From Podarcis cretensis (taxonomy: Eukaryota): a stretch of DNA of 64,000 nucleotides. The position numbers and the translations under genes are program-made. This document shows positions 37,431 to 51,953 of the stretch, piece by piece (position 1 is the stretch's first letter; each line of letters begins with the position of its first letter). The notes below the pieces were generated by a model, which worked only from the letters and a program-made list of their open reading frames with translations, was not told the origin of the DNA and ran no database searches. The DNA lies in NCBI GenBank assembly GCA_951804945.1, contig OX638149.1, forward strand, positions 33,046,001 through 33,110,000. The letters are read 5' to 3'.

Positions 37431-40400
37431 ATGTTGTTGTTTCTGTCGCAGGAGCCGGAGGGGAGGCCGAGGCCGGGCTCGGGGCTGCGGCCGCCGGCGG
37501 CTGGGCCGGCCATGTCGTCGGTGTGTGGGGGGCCGGTGGGCGCCGGCTCCCTGCCCAGCGAGCTGGTGGTCCACATCTTCTCGTTCCTGGCCGCCCCGGA
37601 CCGGCTCCGGGCCTCGGCCGCCTGCTCGCACTGGCGAGAGTGCCTCTTCTACCCGGCCCTGTGGCCCCGGCTGCGCCTCAGCCTGCGCGTCTGCCCGGCC
37701 GAGCGCCCGCGCCTCGACTTCCTCATGCGCAAGTGCGGCTGGTTCGTGCGCGAGCTCCGCGTCCAGTTCGCCGCCGACAACTACCCCAGCGGAGGAGCCG
37801 GAGGCGGCGGAGCAGGAGCCGGAGGAGGAGGAGGAGGAGGAGGCGCCAGCGGGGTGGGCGAGGAAGCGGCAGCCGCGGCGGCCGCGGCGGAGGGAGAAGC
37901 GCAGCTCTGCCCTCGCTGGCTGGAGCTGCTGAGGACCTACCTGGAGCTCGTACTCTGCGTGCTTAGCAGCGTCCGCAACAACAGGTAGGACGGCGTCGTG
38001 GGAGGCCAGCCAGCGTGAACTAACATTCACAAACATACACACACGTATTCACACCAATGCACACGCACGCCGAGCGGGAGGGAGAGTTGCAAAGCCTCCT
38101 GCTTCCCAGCTAACCTGGGAAGCAGCATCTCTCTCTCGCTCTCTTTCAAAGGTTCATGTGCTTTCTAACATCTGCCTGAAGTTCGGCCGATTGAGTTATT
38201 ACTGGGTGGGGGAAGCTACACCTGTTGAATTCCCGGTTGTCACGCATCCACTTAAAGATGCCTTACTCCTGCTGTGCGCGCCGGGGGGGGGGGGAGGGAG
38301 GGAGGGATGTGTGAGCGGCGAGGAAGGAGCCATTCTGGAGCAACTCTAAAGGAACATCACATGAAGGAACACACGTCTGCACGTCGCCACCCAAAAGTGC
38401 TGCGGTTGGGGGGGATCCTTGTGGAGAGGAGTGTTTCTGGATAGGTAGCTTCACTACCTTCCGCACGTCAAGTACCTTCCCTGGGATGTCACCAAAAAGG
38501 GAGCTGTTGAGACAGTTGTTATTATTTGCCCTGTGCCCCCTGTTTTGATGGGCTCATAATACTTTTTGTCATAAGCTGCTAGAAAAACCTGACAGTTGCT
38601 TTTGGTTTCTTGACTGATAGAAACACTAACCATTCTTCAGCTAACATGTCACTTCTTTAGTGCCTAAATCCTTCAAAATGGGAGACAGTGGCTTTGTGGT
38701 GTCCGTTCTAGAACACCTACTGTTAGTGTACTATTCTGAAGCCAGCAGCAGGGCACATTAATAATTTGCTCTGCTATAGGCTGTTACATAATTGGGAAAC
38801 CAGTTAAAGAACATTTTCTTCTTTTTTAAAGGGAGCAATACAGCAATACCAGCTGATCCAAAGTGATATCTTTTCCTTTCCAGTGACTCTAGTGTTTGTT
38901 GTCATACAACAAAGATGTCACAGTTAGTTACATATTTAGCATTTTTAATTGGGTTTTATAAACAAGAATGTTTTACAAATAAGTATACCAAGTTTTTCAT
39001 GTCATTTGTATATCACAAAAATAGCATAAACATATTTTGCATTTGTAAGCCTTTAGCTCTGCATTCTCCCTCAAGATTTCCAAAATTCCCATTCTGTCAA
39101 GGTCATATAATGAAGAAATCTAAGTTGATCAGTAATGTTCCAGAGCTGTTTGTTTCCTTTTGTTTCCTTTTGTGTTACTCTTGTTTCTCTCTGCTCCACT
39201 ACAGAATGAAATGTCCTTTTCAAGAAAAGATTGTGCAGTTGTCCATGCTGTGCTCATCACTCTTTCCTACAGCCAGTTCTGCACAATAGAATAGACTATA
39301 GTTTGCACATCTTAAGTGATTTGCAGTAAGAAAATCCTGTTCAGATCACACATCTCAGAAAATTAAACTGCTGCAACTGGTACAGCAACCATATGTCAAT
39401 GAAAAGATGTGATAAGATCTGAAGCAGCCAAGATCAGATTTGTGGCCATTTTTTTCAGAGATTTCCAAATTCCGTCTCACTCTGTTGGGTGCTACAGTGA
39501 CCAGCTTTTGTCATGTGGATACTGAAACACTCAAGTATGTGTGCTGTGAGCCAGGAAATTGCAGTTCGCTTTCATGGCAGCCAGGAAATTGCAGTTCATA
39601 TTTCACCTCATCTGTGAGCTCACTAGGTGACCCGCTGTGGGGCCTTTCTGTCACTTTTTATTTTTGCATATTTATTACATTTATTTAAATCCCACCTTGC
39701 TCCCAAGGAGCTCAGTGTAACACACATGGTTCTTCCTCTCCCTGTTTTATCCTCACAGCACCCATGTGATGTAGGTTAGACTTGGAGACAATGATTGACA
39801 CTCTTACACTCACCTGTGGAAAAGGCAGCTGCTTGCTTCAGGGAAGGAGGTAATCTGCATGAAAAGTAACAAGCCAAGAACCAGAGAGAGAGAGCAACAA
39901 AGTCCTTTCTTTGAGCTGATACCCTGTCCGTCATGTAGAAGAGAGGCTTACAATACAGCACACACTGAAGGATATATGGTTATATAAAAAGCAAAACAAA
40001 ATAAAATCATGCACCTATTATAAAAACAGCAACGCTAAGGCCCAACTCTAACCAGCATCACTATCAGCAGGCCTGGACAAATTAATAGGAAACCATTAGA
40101 CTGATGAAGTGCTAGGTCTGCAACAAGGGTGTGGCAGGCTCGATGAGCCCCTCTCAAGCTAGCAGCCTATTAAAGCTGTAGGGAATTTGGGCCTCAGCAG
40201 TTTCTTATAGGACTTACCCTCCCTTTCACTCTGTTAGCTAATCATGGTACATAGATGACTTCATGGGCTTTCTTATTCAATACTGCAGAATCTGAAGAGT
40301 GTAAAGATGATGGCATTGCAAGGGCTATTTGTATCTTGTGGCTGATCCTGCATACTGTCTGCTGGTTTCCCTTTTGAACATCCCTGTTGCTTACCAGTTG

Positions 40401-43400
40401 AGGCCATGCTTGCATAAAACATTTCTCCAGTTCTATTTATATAGCCTTATTTCTTTACCAGCTAGGCAAAATAATAATTCTGTAGAAGTTGACCCCAGTA
40501 ATTCTAACTGCAGCTGGTTGAGATTGCAGAGGCAATCCTGTTTCCTTAAAGTGTTTATGTAAACAACCCCATTGAAAGGACCAGCAAACATGCAAAGCTT
40601 CTATGTCAGCCTTGTATCTTAACAACTTGCCTTGTGGCCATAGGCAACAAGGAATTCCATGCGGCTAATTAGTTGTCTGGCTAAGGAGGGATGGATTGCT
40701 CTGTCCAGGCACCACCAACCCACTTCATTTCTGTTCTCACCACTGGGGAAGAGGCTTTTATTCCTCTGAGCAGCATAACAACACAGCCTACTAGCTTTTT
40801 AGCAGGCTAGTGGTTTTACTTTACAGGCTATTAACTCCAGTGGACTTAGTTACAAGGCTGTCTTAGTATGTCAATGATCAGGTAGCTTAAAGAGTAGACT
40901 ATGTGTTGCATATAAATGCTCTAGAAGCATATTTACCACCACAAATTTATTCCTGGGACCCCACAGAGGGGGAAAGCAGCTCAAGTGGTGAGTTAGAAAG
41001 GGGGAAAAAAAGTTGATAATGAAAGAGTAAACCCACCCTGTTGTATCTCTGCACAAGACTTTCTCCATCTGAAGTTGCTTTTCCTTACACAAAAAGAGCA
41101 TCAGGGTTCATTATGTGCATTTTCATATTACTTCGTTCCTATGGTAATAAGCCAGAGCATGATCCTTTAGAAAGGATTGCTAGACAAGGGTGTGAGCAAA
41201 AAGTAGTGTCTGAACTGTATGTTTTGGTCCTGTGCTGTTGAACGCACACGACTCAAATATTGCCAGAATTCTGACATACACGCTTATTTGAGAAGTAGAA
41301 GGAAATGTGTTTCATTTGGCAGAACCATTCTGGGAGTTCATTAACTAAATCCAGCAAATACGTTTGACTCTTTCCTTCTCCTAGTGAAGCAGAACTCTCC
41401 CTACCCCCGCGGTTAACTTTCAGAATTTATTGAGGAAAATACTTAATTGTTGCAGCAGCACCTTCTGAATAAACCTTTAAAGCTGCAAGTCTAACCACAT
41501 GTTCCCCTGAATAAGCCCTGTGGAAAAACCGTAGAATTCACTTTGGAATTAATACGGAGGATTGTGCTGTAAGTAAGGTGTCGCACCCAAGAAGTTGTCT
41601 TTATTTCGCTTATGCTCTACTCCTCAAAGAGCAAATTGCATGTGGTTCCTGGGCAGCCTCCCAGTTTACAGGGCCAGGCTTGCTTAGTTTCAGCTGCATC
41701 ATGAGTTTTAAGACTATTCTCTGTTTAGTGTTGAGTAACGATCATGTTGAGTAATGATCATGTACTGTTGTCTCAGGTAATGGATGGGGATGTGCTGCCT
41801 TGATTTCATCCCTGGATGAATGGAAAATCTCAGGATCTTTCCCACTCTACAGTGCTGATAGAGCTTGCATGTGTTTGGTGCCTATCCACATTCCATCTGT
41901 GCTGCATATGAGTTGGGCACTGTGTACACAATTCACATTCCATAATGCATAGCCTTCATTAATGGATGTGGGCATTCAGCAAGAATATCTGAACATCCAG
42001 TTCATTGTTGCATGCACAATCCTCATCCAGCAAAGAAATCTGCTCTGGAAAGCCTGCTTCTATGTGTGGATCTCCTTAGTAGATTGCAATTTTAAATAGT
42101 CTTACTGAAGTAAATTCTGTTATAACAGTGGGGTCAGTTCACATATAACAAACAAACCATTGTTTGGTGTTGGAGATGGAGCCTCAAGCTCATACGTTGT
42201 TATTATTTATTGAATTTGTTAGTCACTTTATCTTGCCCAAGGCAACTCAAACCGATTTATAGCCCAACTCTCCCAATAGAGACATAAAAAGCAAGCGGAT
42301 GATTAAAATTTTAAATATTCCACCCACTTCTAAAAGGCCACAGATAATTAGAGACCCCATGTAATCTTTTTTTTTATTTACTTCCTGTTAGGAGTGTGCA
42401 CCAACCATAATATTTGGTTTGAATCCCAAAGCTTGGCACTTTATAAAACAACTCAGTTTGGCTCAGGAGAGTGAATCAGTTCCATTTGCCCCCCACCCTT
42501 CCAAGATTCGGAATTCAAATGGCTCCTCCCAGACATCCCACTTGGCTTCACCATTTTTCTGAAACTGATGCACACCCCTATATCCTGTGAAACCTTTGCC
42601 ACAAACTATGAAATAACTAAGTGATTGTGTGTGTGATTTGGAGAGTGTGCAATCAGACCTTGCTCTTGTACGTCTTAACTTCTTCCATGTAAACATACTT
42701 AAGACTGGGTGGGGGGTAGGAAATCAAAGGATGAAATAGCCTTATCTTTTGAGGCCCTGAAATAATAATATCCTTTGAGGCCTTCTCTTCCTTCTCCTTG
42801 GTTACAGGTGCAGTGGTATTAAACTAATTTTTTAAATTTGTTCTCCATAATTAGTTTCTTCATAGCACCTTGAAAAGGTGCTGTTTTGAATTGTTTCAAA
42901 TATTTTCAAGGTCTGAAATACAGATACTAAACTAGTTCTTCCTGTTGCTTTACTTTCTCTTCCTCCATCTGCAATGCCTGCTGGTTGGTTATCTTCTTTT
43001 GTCACATTTGGTTTCTGGGGAAATACGCCTGCTCTTGACCTGTACGAGATAAATTACGTAGTAATGTTAACTTGTTAGAGCATCTGTGTAATAAAAATGA
43101 ATAGGCTTGAAAAGGAGGTGAATAAGCTAGGAAAGAAAGCGGCATATTAGCATGTTCAGCATTATGCAGCAAATAGGCTTCTGAAAGATAAGGCGTTTAT
43201 TTCTGTCATTGAACTCTTGAAAGAAAAAGGCCACACCGGAGGCACATTTACTGATCAGCATAGCAAGATTACTTGTTCAGGAGAGATTTTCAGTATTTTA
43301 CAGAATAGTGGGAAATTTCCATGTCATCGCTGTATGAGATCAGAGAGTTGGTGGCTTTGTTTTTCACACAGCATGATTTAAAATGGCATATTTTATTGCA

Positions 43401-46400
43401 CCAGCTAGTTATTCAAAATGGTTTGCAAGCAAAATATTCTTCATCAAGCAGTTGGGAGAGAAAAAAAATAGAAATGAAGGAGATATGCTTAGGTTGATGA
43501 TCCAGTGGCCGAGGCTGATGTTGCTTCTGACTGTCTCATTTATTCTTCAGTTACATAACAGGCAGTGATAAAATTTACAATCTCTTCAAAACCTACAGTA
43601 TGTCTTTGTCAAACACAAATGGCCTGAAGTGCAGAGCCTAAAAAGTCAACTTTAAGTGACTATTGTAACTAATCAAGAACATAACAGCCTGGAAACTAAG
43701 GAAATATAGTCCCATGCTTCGAAACGTTTGTGTTCTGATTAGAATTTTGGAGTGGCATGGGGAGGAAGCTAAATTCTTCTGTTCAAGCGAAGAACCTATA
43801 TTCTCCGTAGGAGAGAACAATGTAGTGGTTCTCAGGTTTGGGAATATAAACTCATGATTTACATTTACTAATGGTTCTGACTTCTGATAATGTTTTTATA
43901 ACTATCTTGTTCAAAGCCCTTCAGAGAACATCCCTGTTTGCAGTTCACACCATGATAACTTTCTTGGCTGCAATGCCACCCACATAATGCAGTGGCATCA
44001 TGACATACAGCGTGAGCAAGGCTCACTGCTAAAAATGGACAGAGCTACATCAAAAAGCACAGTATACTTAGCTGGAAATTCATATGATACAGTGCAATTC
44101 TCCATGGCATAGTGTGGGCAGATAAAGTGGAGCTGTCCTGTTTGCTACGTCTGAGTAACTCTTCCCCCTACCATAAATGACTTAATGCATTTGAGAGGTA
44201 GGTGCTTTGTTTTTTTTAATGAAAGCTTAAATTCAAAAAAAAAAAAGAGCAAAATGCACCCTGTCATTGATGTTTGCTTGACAGCTTGAATAACGATAGA
44301 GCAAAAGAGGCCAATCTTTTAATTTCGCCTTTATTAAACTGCAACAAGATCCCCAGGGATTCTCAGAAATTGCAGTTATAAAATATGCTTTTGACGTGAG
44401 TGTACAGGCCTATTTTGAAACTGGTCAATACTTAGGAGCCTGGACATCGCCCTCTCTGAGCAGCCACTGTGTCAGGACTGTGATGTGAAAATGCAGCACC
44501 CGGCTGGAGGAAGCAGCCTGTCTTAATTTCCTCCTTGTCTTCTACGTGTTCAGTGGAAGACAGTTCATAATTGAGGAGGTGGAAAATGCAGCAATTATGG
44601 CATGTAGAGTGGTGAACGATACACCCCAATGTTCCTATCTAAGGCATTACCTAAGCCATTAAATAATTTGTAGTAGATCCCTAAACTTTTTAAAAACTTT
44701 CTTCCCAAGAAAACACTGGTTAAAAAAGAGTAATCATTCTACTGTTATAATTTTTTAAGTATGTGGGAAATTATTGAGAAACCTCTTCACTGTCTGATAT
44801 AATACTAGTGAAATTTGACAGATTTCCACCTACGAACATGAGGGAACTGTGATGTGGTTGCTAATATTTTTAGGCAACATTTTACACATGTACGTATTCC
44901 TCTAATTGGTAGATATTTTGGATGTCAGTAAAATGTTAGTTTTGCTAATAAAGGTTTGGGGCATCTTTCCAATCCCGCCTTTGTGGAAAGTCTTGCCACA
45001 GCAGTATCTGTTGTGGCAAGACTTGTTTACTTTTTATATTCTTCTATGTACTTGCTTTCTGATAGCTAGTAGGTGTTAGTTTTCTCTCTGCTTCATAGCT
45101 TGGTATTGTATTCCGAAACTGTATTTCACAGAAACAGCAGTGCACATGAATGTGTAGCTGAAATGGTTGCATTGACTACTTTTAGTCTCTGCCAATGCAC
45201 TAACACTACACAGGCAAGTTGTTGCATCTGGCTCTTCCAACCACAAAAGTAAAATAAATCACAATGCAGAATGTCAGAGTTTGAACATACTAGATCACTC
45301 TATAACATTAGATGTGTTTCTGTTGTGGACTAGGTGGCAATGATATAAATCTAGCAAATTATATTCTGTTTGACTAAGAAGTATAACATGGACTATACTT
45401 TAAAAGTTAAACGTGTGGATAGACAAATGGTGGCCTAGTGAATAAATCTAGTTTCTAAAGGTTTTTTGCCTGGCTCCTTGCACAGCCCCTGATCACCAGG
45501 ATGTCTCAGACAGGACAATGTGCTCTTATGGTGTAGTCAGCCATTTTCTTCCTGGGTGAGGCACTTGTCTTCTACACTACAAACAGAATAAACTTGGGCA
45601 GACCTCTTTATCTCATTGTGCACCTAAACTCCTGTGTACAAGCCAAAGCACAAAGAAATAGCAGTGAGCAGTGAAGGTGCATAGAGTGCCAAAGTTTCTG
45701 ACACAGATTGTGCTGGAGAAGAGGATGCTGAAGAGCGCATTCGCTTTAATTTTGCTCATGTAGGTCCAAGCAGAGCCCACACTGCAGGCCTTTCGGCCAT
45801 TGCTCAACTGAAAACATGGCTTCTGAAAATTAGTTGCTGAACAGAGAATTAATGGCTTTGCTTGAGTGCAGCATATAAAATAAGGCTGGGAAGAATTAAT
45901 AGTTTCTGAAGGATCTGGGACATAATATGGAACACAAGGTTCTCCAAGCAATTTCATAAATTGCTCTAAAGCTCAAATGCAATCTTAATGCAAGTTGGAA
46001 ACAATTGTGCATAAACCCTAGAGCTAATGTCATACATTAGAAAAATGCTGTGTTTTACACAGTGGTTTAATGGGTATTACTAAATTGCTCATGTATTTTT
46101 AGGACATTACAGTTCATGATAACACATGACTGAAGGAGATCCAGAGTTCATCAAGTTAGCCTGGCGCCAGGAGCTGTCACTGCTGCTGCTGCTGCTGCTG
46201 TGGGATCGACTGGGCTCTGGCTGCTGATGGGCTGGTGGAAGCCTTGTGCATGAAATGAATGGAAATATAATAGCATGTCTGCAGAGTATGGCTCGGATCC
46301 CCCTGTGCATAGTTTCCTGGGAGTAAGCCCCCCTAAAAGTGAGACTTGCTTCCAAGTAAATATATATAGGATTGAAGTGTGTGCTGTGATACCTAATCTC

Positions 46401-49400
46401 TCTGTCTCCCTCTTTCTCACATACACGGGCAGATGCGTTCACATACACTTCAAGTCATGATGTGCAAGCAGTGCCCACTGTGCTAAAGGTGTGTGTAGAA
46501 TAGATAGTGCCAGATTATTAAAGTAAGCAACTGACCCCAGATATTTTGATTAGTTATTCACGTGAATTGGTATGTGAGGGCTTACTATCTTTGTCCCTGC
46601 AGCAACCACCACTCCTCCTTATAGCATCCAACACAACACATGGCATCCTATTGCGTTGCTCATCTCCCGGTCTTTGCCTCACAGCATTGGCAGATGGGTT
46701 AGCATAGTGATTTTTTGTGTGATGCATTTTATGTGTTGGATGATGCTACAAGGGAGAGTGACAGCAGTGGCAGCTGCAGCCCTCTTATAAGGTTTAGCCT
46801 GGCTTTCAGCTGTGCAGCATGTACAGCTTATGCAACTACACACAACTTTCAAATGACAATGCTGTTCTTTTAGAATTTACGGTACCTGAGGCAAGAAGTC
46901 TTTGGCTGCAGAGCTAAAAATAGCAATACTGCTTGATGTTCTTGGGTGCTCACTGCTGCTTCTAATTAAAATGTTCACAGTATTGTGGGGCATATAGATC
47001 AGGTATGAAAGCTGACCCTTTAGAAAATCCTTTGGAAAGCAATCTCTGTGTTTTGCATATTGGCAATAAATGATGCGCTCAAAATATTGACGTATTTGAG
47101 GCATGAACTTTGCTGTATGTGACTAGTCTTCGGATCTCTGCGCAATACATTATGACAACTCTGAGTAGCTACCAATTGAGTGGCACCCTGCCAAATTTAG
47201 GTTTGAACTGACATAAACATAGTTAATTTTCTACAGAGAGTGCTTATGCTTCAGGTTGAATTTATGATCAAAAGTCAATATTTAAATTCAGGGCTGTAGC
47301 TAACCCTCTAGTAGTCACTTAATGGGAATATGAGTTGCTACAACCAAGCTTTTGTTAATTGGAAGAAACCTGGCTCTCCTTTAGTGTTTTTTAGACCACT
47401 ATTGAGTGGGTAGCAGGCGCTACTTGCAGTAGATGGTTTTTAATAGACCAACCTTCACCAACCTGATGTCCTCCAAACGACGTAGTGCAAAACATCTGGA
47501 GGGTGCCAAGTTGGTGAATGCTTCTTCAGACTTGTTTATACAACAGTTTTCTTTTTAATACTGTACATCTATGGGAGCAAAAGTGAGCAAATTGTTTTAC
47601 TTGGCTGCCTACAGAACACCAAAGTAGAGGAGGCTGGAGCAGAATTGAGAATTTAGAATAATATGGGGGGCAAAAGTGTACACCCTGAAATATTTAAACA
47701 TGATTTTCAGTGAAGCATTAGTATAGGTAATAAATGAAAGGCTATGTATGGAACTATAAACTCGTCTCCAGATAAGTTGTGTATGTACCTTTAAGTATGA
47801 TGGCCTTGGAAACAGCTGTTATTAGTCAGCTTCACTGAAAATAATCTAGGGAATGGCTGCTGTTTGCTGCCTTTTACTTTGTCCTCTGTGAAGATCTGGC
47901 AAGTTATCTAATCTGTACCTGGGAGAATCCAAGAGCTTCTAAGTAAATATTAGGCAGGGCATCGTGTTTGTGCCTGAGCCACGCAATATAGAATTTACCA
48001 AAAATGTCGCAACTCTGCTAAAAACATAACCACATAACCTGGAGAGTGATGCAGTCTGTGAAGGTGGGCTAGAAGGAAATCTGGTTAGATGGCTTTTCCA
48101 TTCCATCCTTTATATTCAAGCATTTTATTCTTGGGTGGAAAAAAGCCAAGAAAATAAGCAGGTTCATGCAAAGAAAGCACATCTACATCATAGGTTCTAT
48201 ACAGTCTCTGTCACTAGCATGGCAAGTCCCAAATAGCTGCACCCAGTGACCCTAGGTACAGGAGATTTCATTCTGGTATATTTTGCAAGCACCTCTGCAA
48301 TGTTATGTCCACATATAACCATTTCCTTACCACTGTCTATATTCATGAGGATTATTTCTAGTATCCTGTGATTCAGAAAAAAGATTCACTATATTGTGAC
48401 GGAATTATGTTGGGTTCTTTTCTAGTTTTGAACAAATTTAAATGTATTGTAAAGCTATTTAGCTTGGTCATTCAAATGTACCTTGGTTAGAAGGGGCAAC
48501 TAGTTTCTAGATTTCATGTGCTGGAAGGCTATAGTGTTACTGTGTGGATTGCGGCTCATATAACACAAAAGCTTGAGCTATTTTCAAATGCTCCTCTAAT
48601 GCAAAGCCTCTGACTTGACACTTTCCCCTTCCAAATAGGAATCTCCAGAAATTAAGTCTCTTTGGTGATATAAGCATTCTGCAACAACATGGAAGTATAT
48701 CAAATACGCACCTCAGCAAAGTGGATCCAGATGGAAAAAAGATTAAGCAGTAAGTTGTCCAAAATATATTGTTACAGTATTGCAGTTTAAAGAAATGTGA
48801 TGTGTGTGTGTTGTAAATGCACTGTTTTAGAATATAATCCATTGTCTTCTCTGATGATTTAGTACTGAAAATAATGGCTCATGGTTTCACAGTGTCTATC
48901 GTTCTTTGTTGCTGCAATTTCCTTTGCAAATTGGACATCTTTTCTCAGAACATGATTACTCTAAAAACAAGCCATTTGCAGTAGTTGGGAGATTTTCTCC
49001 TACAAAATTCACATTGCAGGATAAATCATTTTAAGCAAAGCAGGAAGGGGTGCCAGGGACTGCTGTAGCAGTATCTTCATCCAGCAAATTCTCAGTATAA
49101 ACTTTATACTATCCATGTCACATTGCTAAAAGCAGGTGCATTCTGCAAAAAACTGAGCAACTTTCATACTGCTTCAGACACAATTAACCTGACTATTCTC
49201 ACAATTAACTTCAGGAGTAAAATATGAGACGTGTGGGGACTGTGTACACTGGCCTCAGTTCCTTGGTGGAAGGGTGGGATTAGAATGTTCATCATTATCA
49301 GAGTTGTACTTGCTAATTAGAAGAAAGGTTTCTGGTACATTTAACTCACATCTTACGTGAGGGGTCCACACATTTATGCAAAAATGCATAAAGCCAGGAA

Positions 49401-51953
49401 CCCTTTGGAACACACGCACACCCCGGCAAAATGGAGGGTTGTTCGGATTCTGCCAGAGCTGCTGTTCCAAAACCAGCAATCACAGCTTTGCACAGGTGGG
49501 TGGGGGAAAATAAATGAATGGAGAATGGGTTTCCTCCACTTTCCAGTTAGATATTTATTTCCCCCGCCGACCAAAGTTGCAATTGCATAAGTAAAATAAG
49601 CGTAAGATGCAAGTTACTTCCTACCCCCCATTATTTTCATCAGCCGGTATAAATAGGTTACATACAGATGTCCATCACTCTGAATGTGGTACCAAGTCAT
49701 GACTCGCATGTGAGAAATGGTTATCGTGGAACAAGCATCACGGATAGAGCTTTCATATAATCAAATATCACTTCCGCCATTTGGCTTCAAATCAAGTGTC
49801 AAGCTGAATGACGTACAAGCATATACAGCATTAATCAGTCCTGATTTTCCCTTTGGAGTATCATTTGAATGAGATACGCAAAGTGCTGATGCAGTGAGTA
49901 GATACAAGCACTATTGAACCCACCACGCTGTGCTCTCTAGGACTTCTAGCAATTGGTAGCTACCCTACACATATGCTAATTACAAAATGTGGGGAAGAGA
50001 ATCAAAACAAGTTAGCATGCACAGTTCCAAAAGGGCAAAATGAATTTTCTTTTATATTTGTTTAAAACAAAAAGGAAGACAACAGAACTTTAAAAAGCAA
50101 GTGCAATTCTGCTGCTGGAACTTTAGACTTATTTTTAAATGGTGTGTTCTTTCTTTCCTTCACTACCACCCCACCCACCCCTGCTACAGCCGGTGTGTTT
50201 CTAATGCAGCACCGCTTGCATTAAAGGTGTAAAGCTTTGTTGCTTCTTTGTCTATTGCAGAATACAGCAGCTGTTTGAAGAAATATTGGGTAACAGCAGG
50301 CAACTGAAATGGCTGTCATGCGGGTTTATGCTACAAATCGTAACACCCACATCATTGTCATCTCTCTCAAATCCTATTGCCAACACTATGGAACACCTGA
50401 GTTTACTGGACAACCACATCCCTGGTAATACCACTCTTATCACTGCGGTTGAATTGGAGCGTTTTGTCAGTCTTCGCTCACTCGCCTTGGATTTCTGTGA
50501 TTTTACAGCAGAAATGGCAAGAGTCCTGGCTGATAGTAACCATGTGCCTTTGCATCGACTGTCTCTTCTGGTCCACAATATTTCCGTAATGCACAAGTCC
50601 CTGGAAAATATGCCAGAAGACGAAGATTGGAAGGCACTGACACGCAACAGCACTAATCTTCGGGTCTATATAATGGCTTTTGATATCAAGAGCGATGACA
50701 TGCTAAGGATTCTTAAACCCAGTATCCCACTGGAGAGGATTCACTTCGACAGCTACATCACTTGCGTTTCAGGAGCTGTTGTTGATCTCATATCTAGGCA
50801 GTATGATAAGTTCCTCACTCATTTCATACTAATGAATGATGTGATAGATATGTCTGGCTTCCCAGATCTCAGCGACAACCGAACCGAAGACCCATTGGTT
50901 TTATTGGCCTGGAGGTGCACAAGGCTCTCTCTTCTGGCAGTGCATGGTAGGCAATTACAGAGGGGCAAAACACTGCTAGTTTAGAAACCTACACATTCAT
51001 ATGGGTATGGGTATGCCCTTGAGATTTCCCACTCAAGTATTTTTCTCCAGGTTTTGAGAGAATTCCCAAAGTGTTGGGTGTTGGGGCAGGGAATAAATTG
51101 TGCTCTGGCTTCAGGCTAGGATATGCTGTGCATATCAACATGATTATATGGTGGGAAACTGTTACTACCTTCAGAACACAAGACTCACAGTTGCCAAAAA
51201 ACAACAACCCAACAACCCTTAATTGATAGGAAAATAACTTCCTGCACTGTTGGATTGTCCTTACTTTAGACGGCTTCCCTGTCAAAGTTGTATTACACCC
51301 GACATATTTTACGATTATTGGCTCCTTTAACACGAGCCTTTATGCTACATACATATCATGCTGCAAAACTACCAAGAAATCCCATGAGACATTTCCTTAC
51401 TCATCTGCCCGGAATTATTGGGGAAGGAAAAACAGGCAGCTCCGCAAAAATTAAATACAAAAAGAAGAAGCAGCAATATTCACTTTTTTAATTAACCGAG
51501 TAAGTAAACTGACCAATTACTGGGGTGATTTCTTGAAAAGAACCTCATTAGGAAAATTGCTAAATAGGGAGACGTTAGCTGTGAGGCTGTAAAATATTAA
51601 ATTACCTTTGGGGTAGGGTGGGGAGGGAGAGGGAAGAAAGACAAAGTCCTAAAAATTAGTAATTGCTTTTTTGTGTTTCAGGTTATACTGTTTGGGCTCA
51701 CAACCTGATTGCCATTGCTCGTCTTCGTGGCTCTGATTTGAAAGTGCTTGAAGTCACAGAAGAAAGCATTGATTTTGACCAAGGTGAATTGGCCGATCAA
51801 GATGTGGATCCGGTGCACAATCTCATTGAGCAGGTATCCCTTGGATTGGGCCGACCTTGGCACGCAGTCATGGACATAGAATTACTCAGTGTCTTTACTG
51901 AGCCAACTCGTCATTTTTACAGAGAAATGCAAAGCTTCAGTGAAGGCATTTAG
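37431..51953 (+). CDS. FBXO33: F-box only protein 33, ~540 aa
   Basis: Exons 37431-37984, 48639-48749, 50261-50946, 51682-51953 (TAG); 1623 nt, GT-AG, phases consistent. Starts MLLFLS; F-box SLPSELVVHIFSFL..PDRLRASAACSHWRECLF; ends HFYREMQSFSEGI. Confidence 0.97.

Noticed and set aside
36947-37966. 339-aa alternative-frame ORF and an 88-codon in-frame upstream extension of FBXO33
   Set aside because: Typical stop-poor CpG-island frames. The upstream ATGs overlap AP-1 (37161) and CCAAT (~37293) motifs and probably lie upstream of the TSS.
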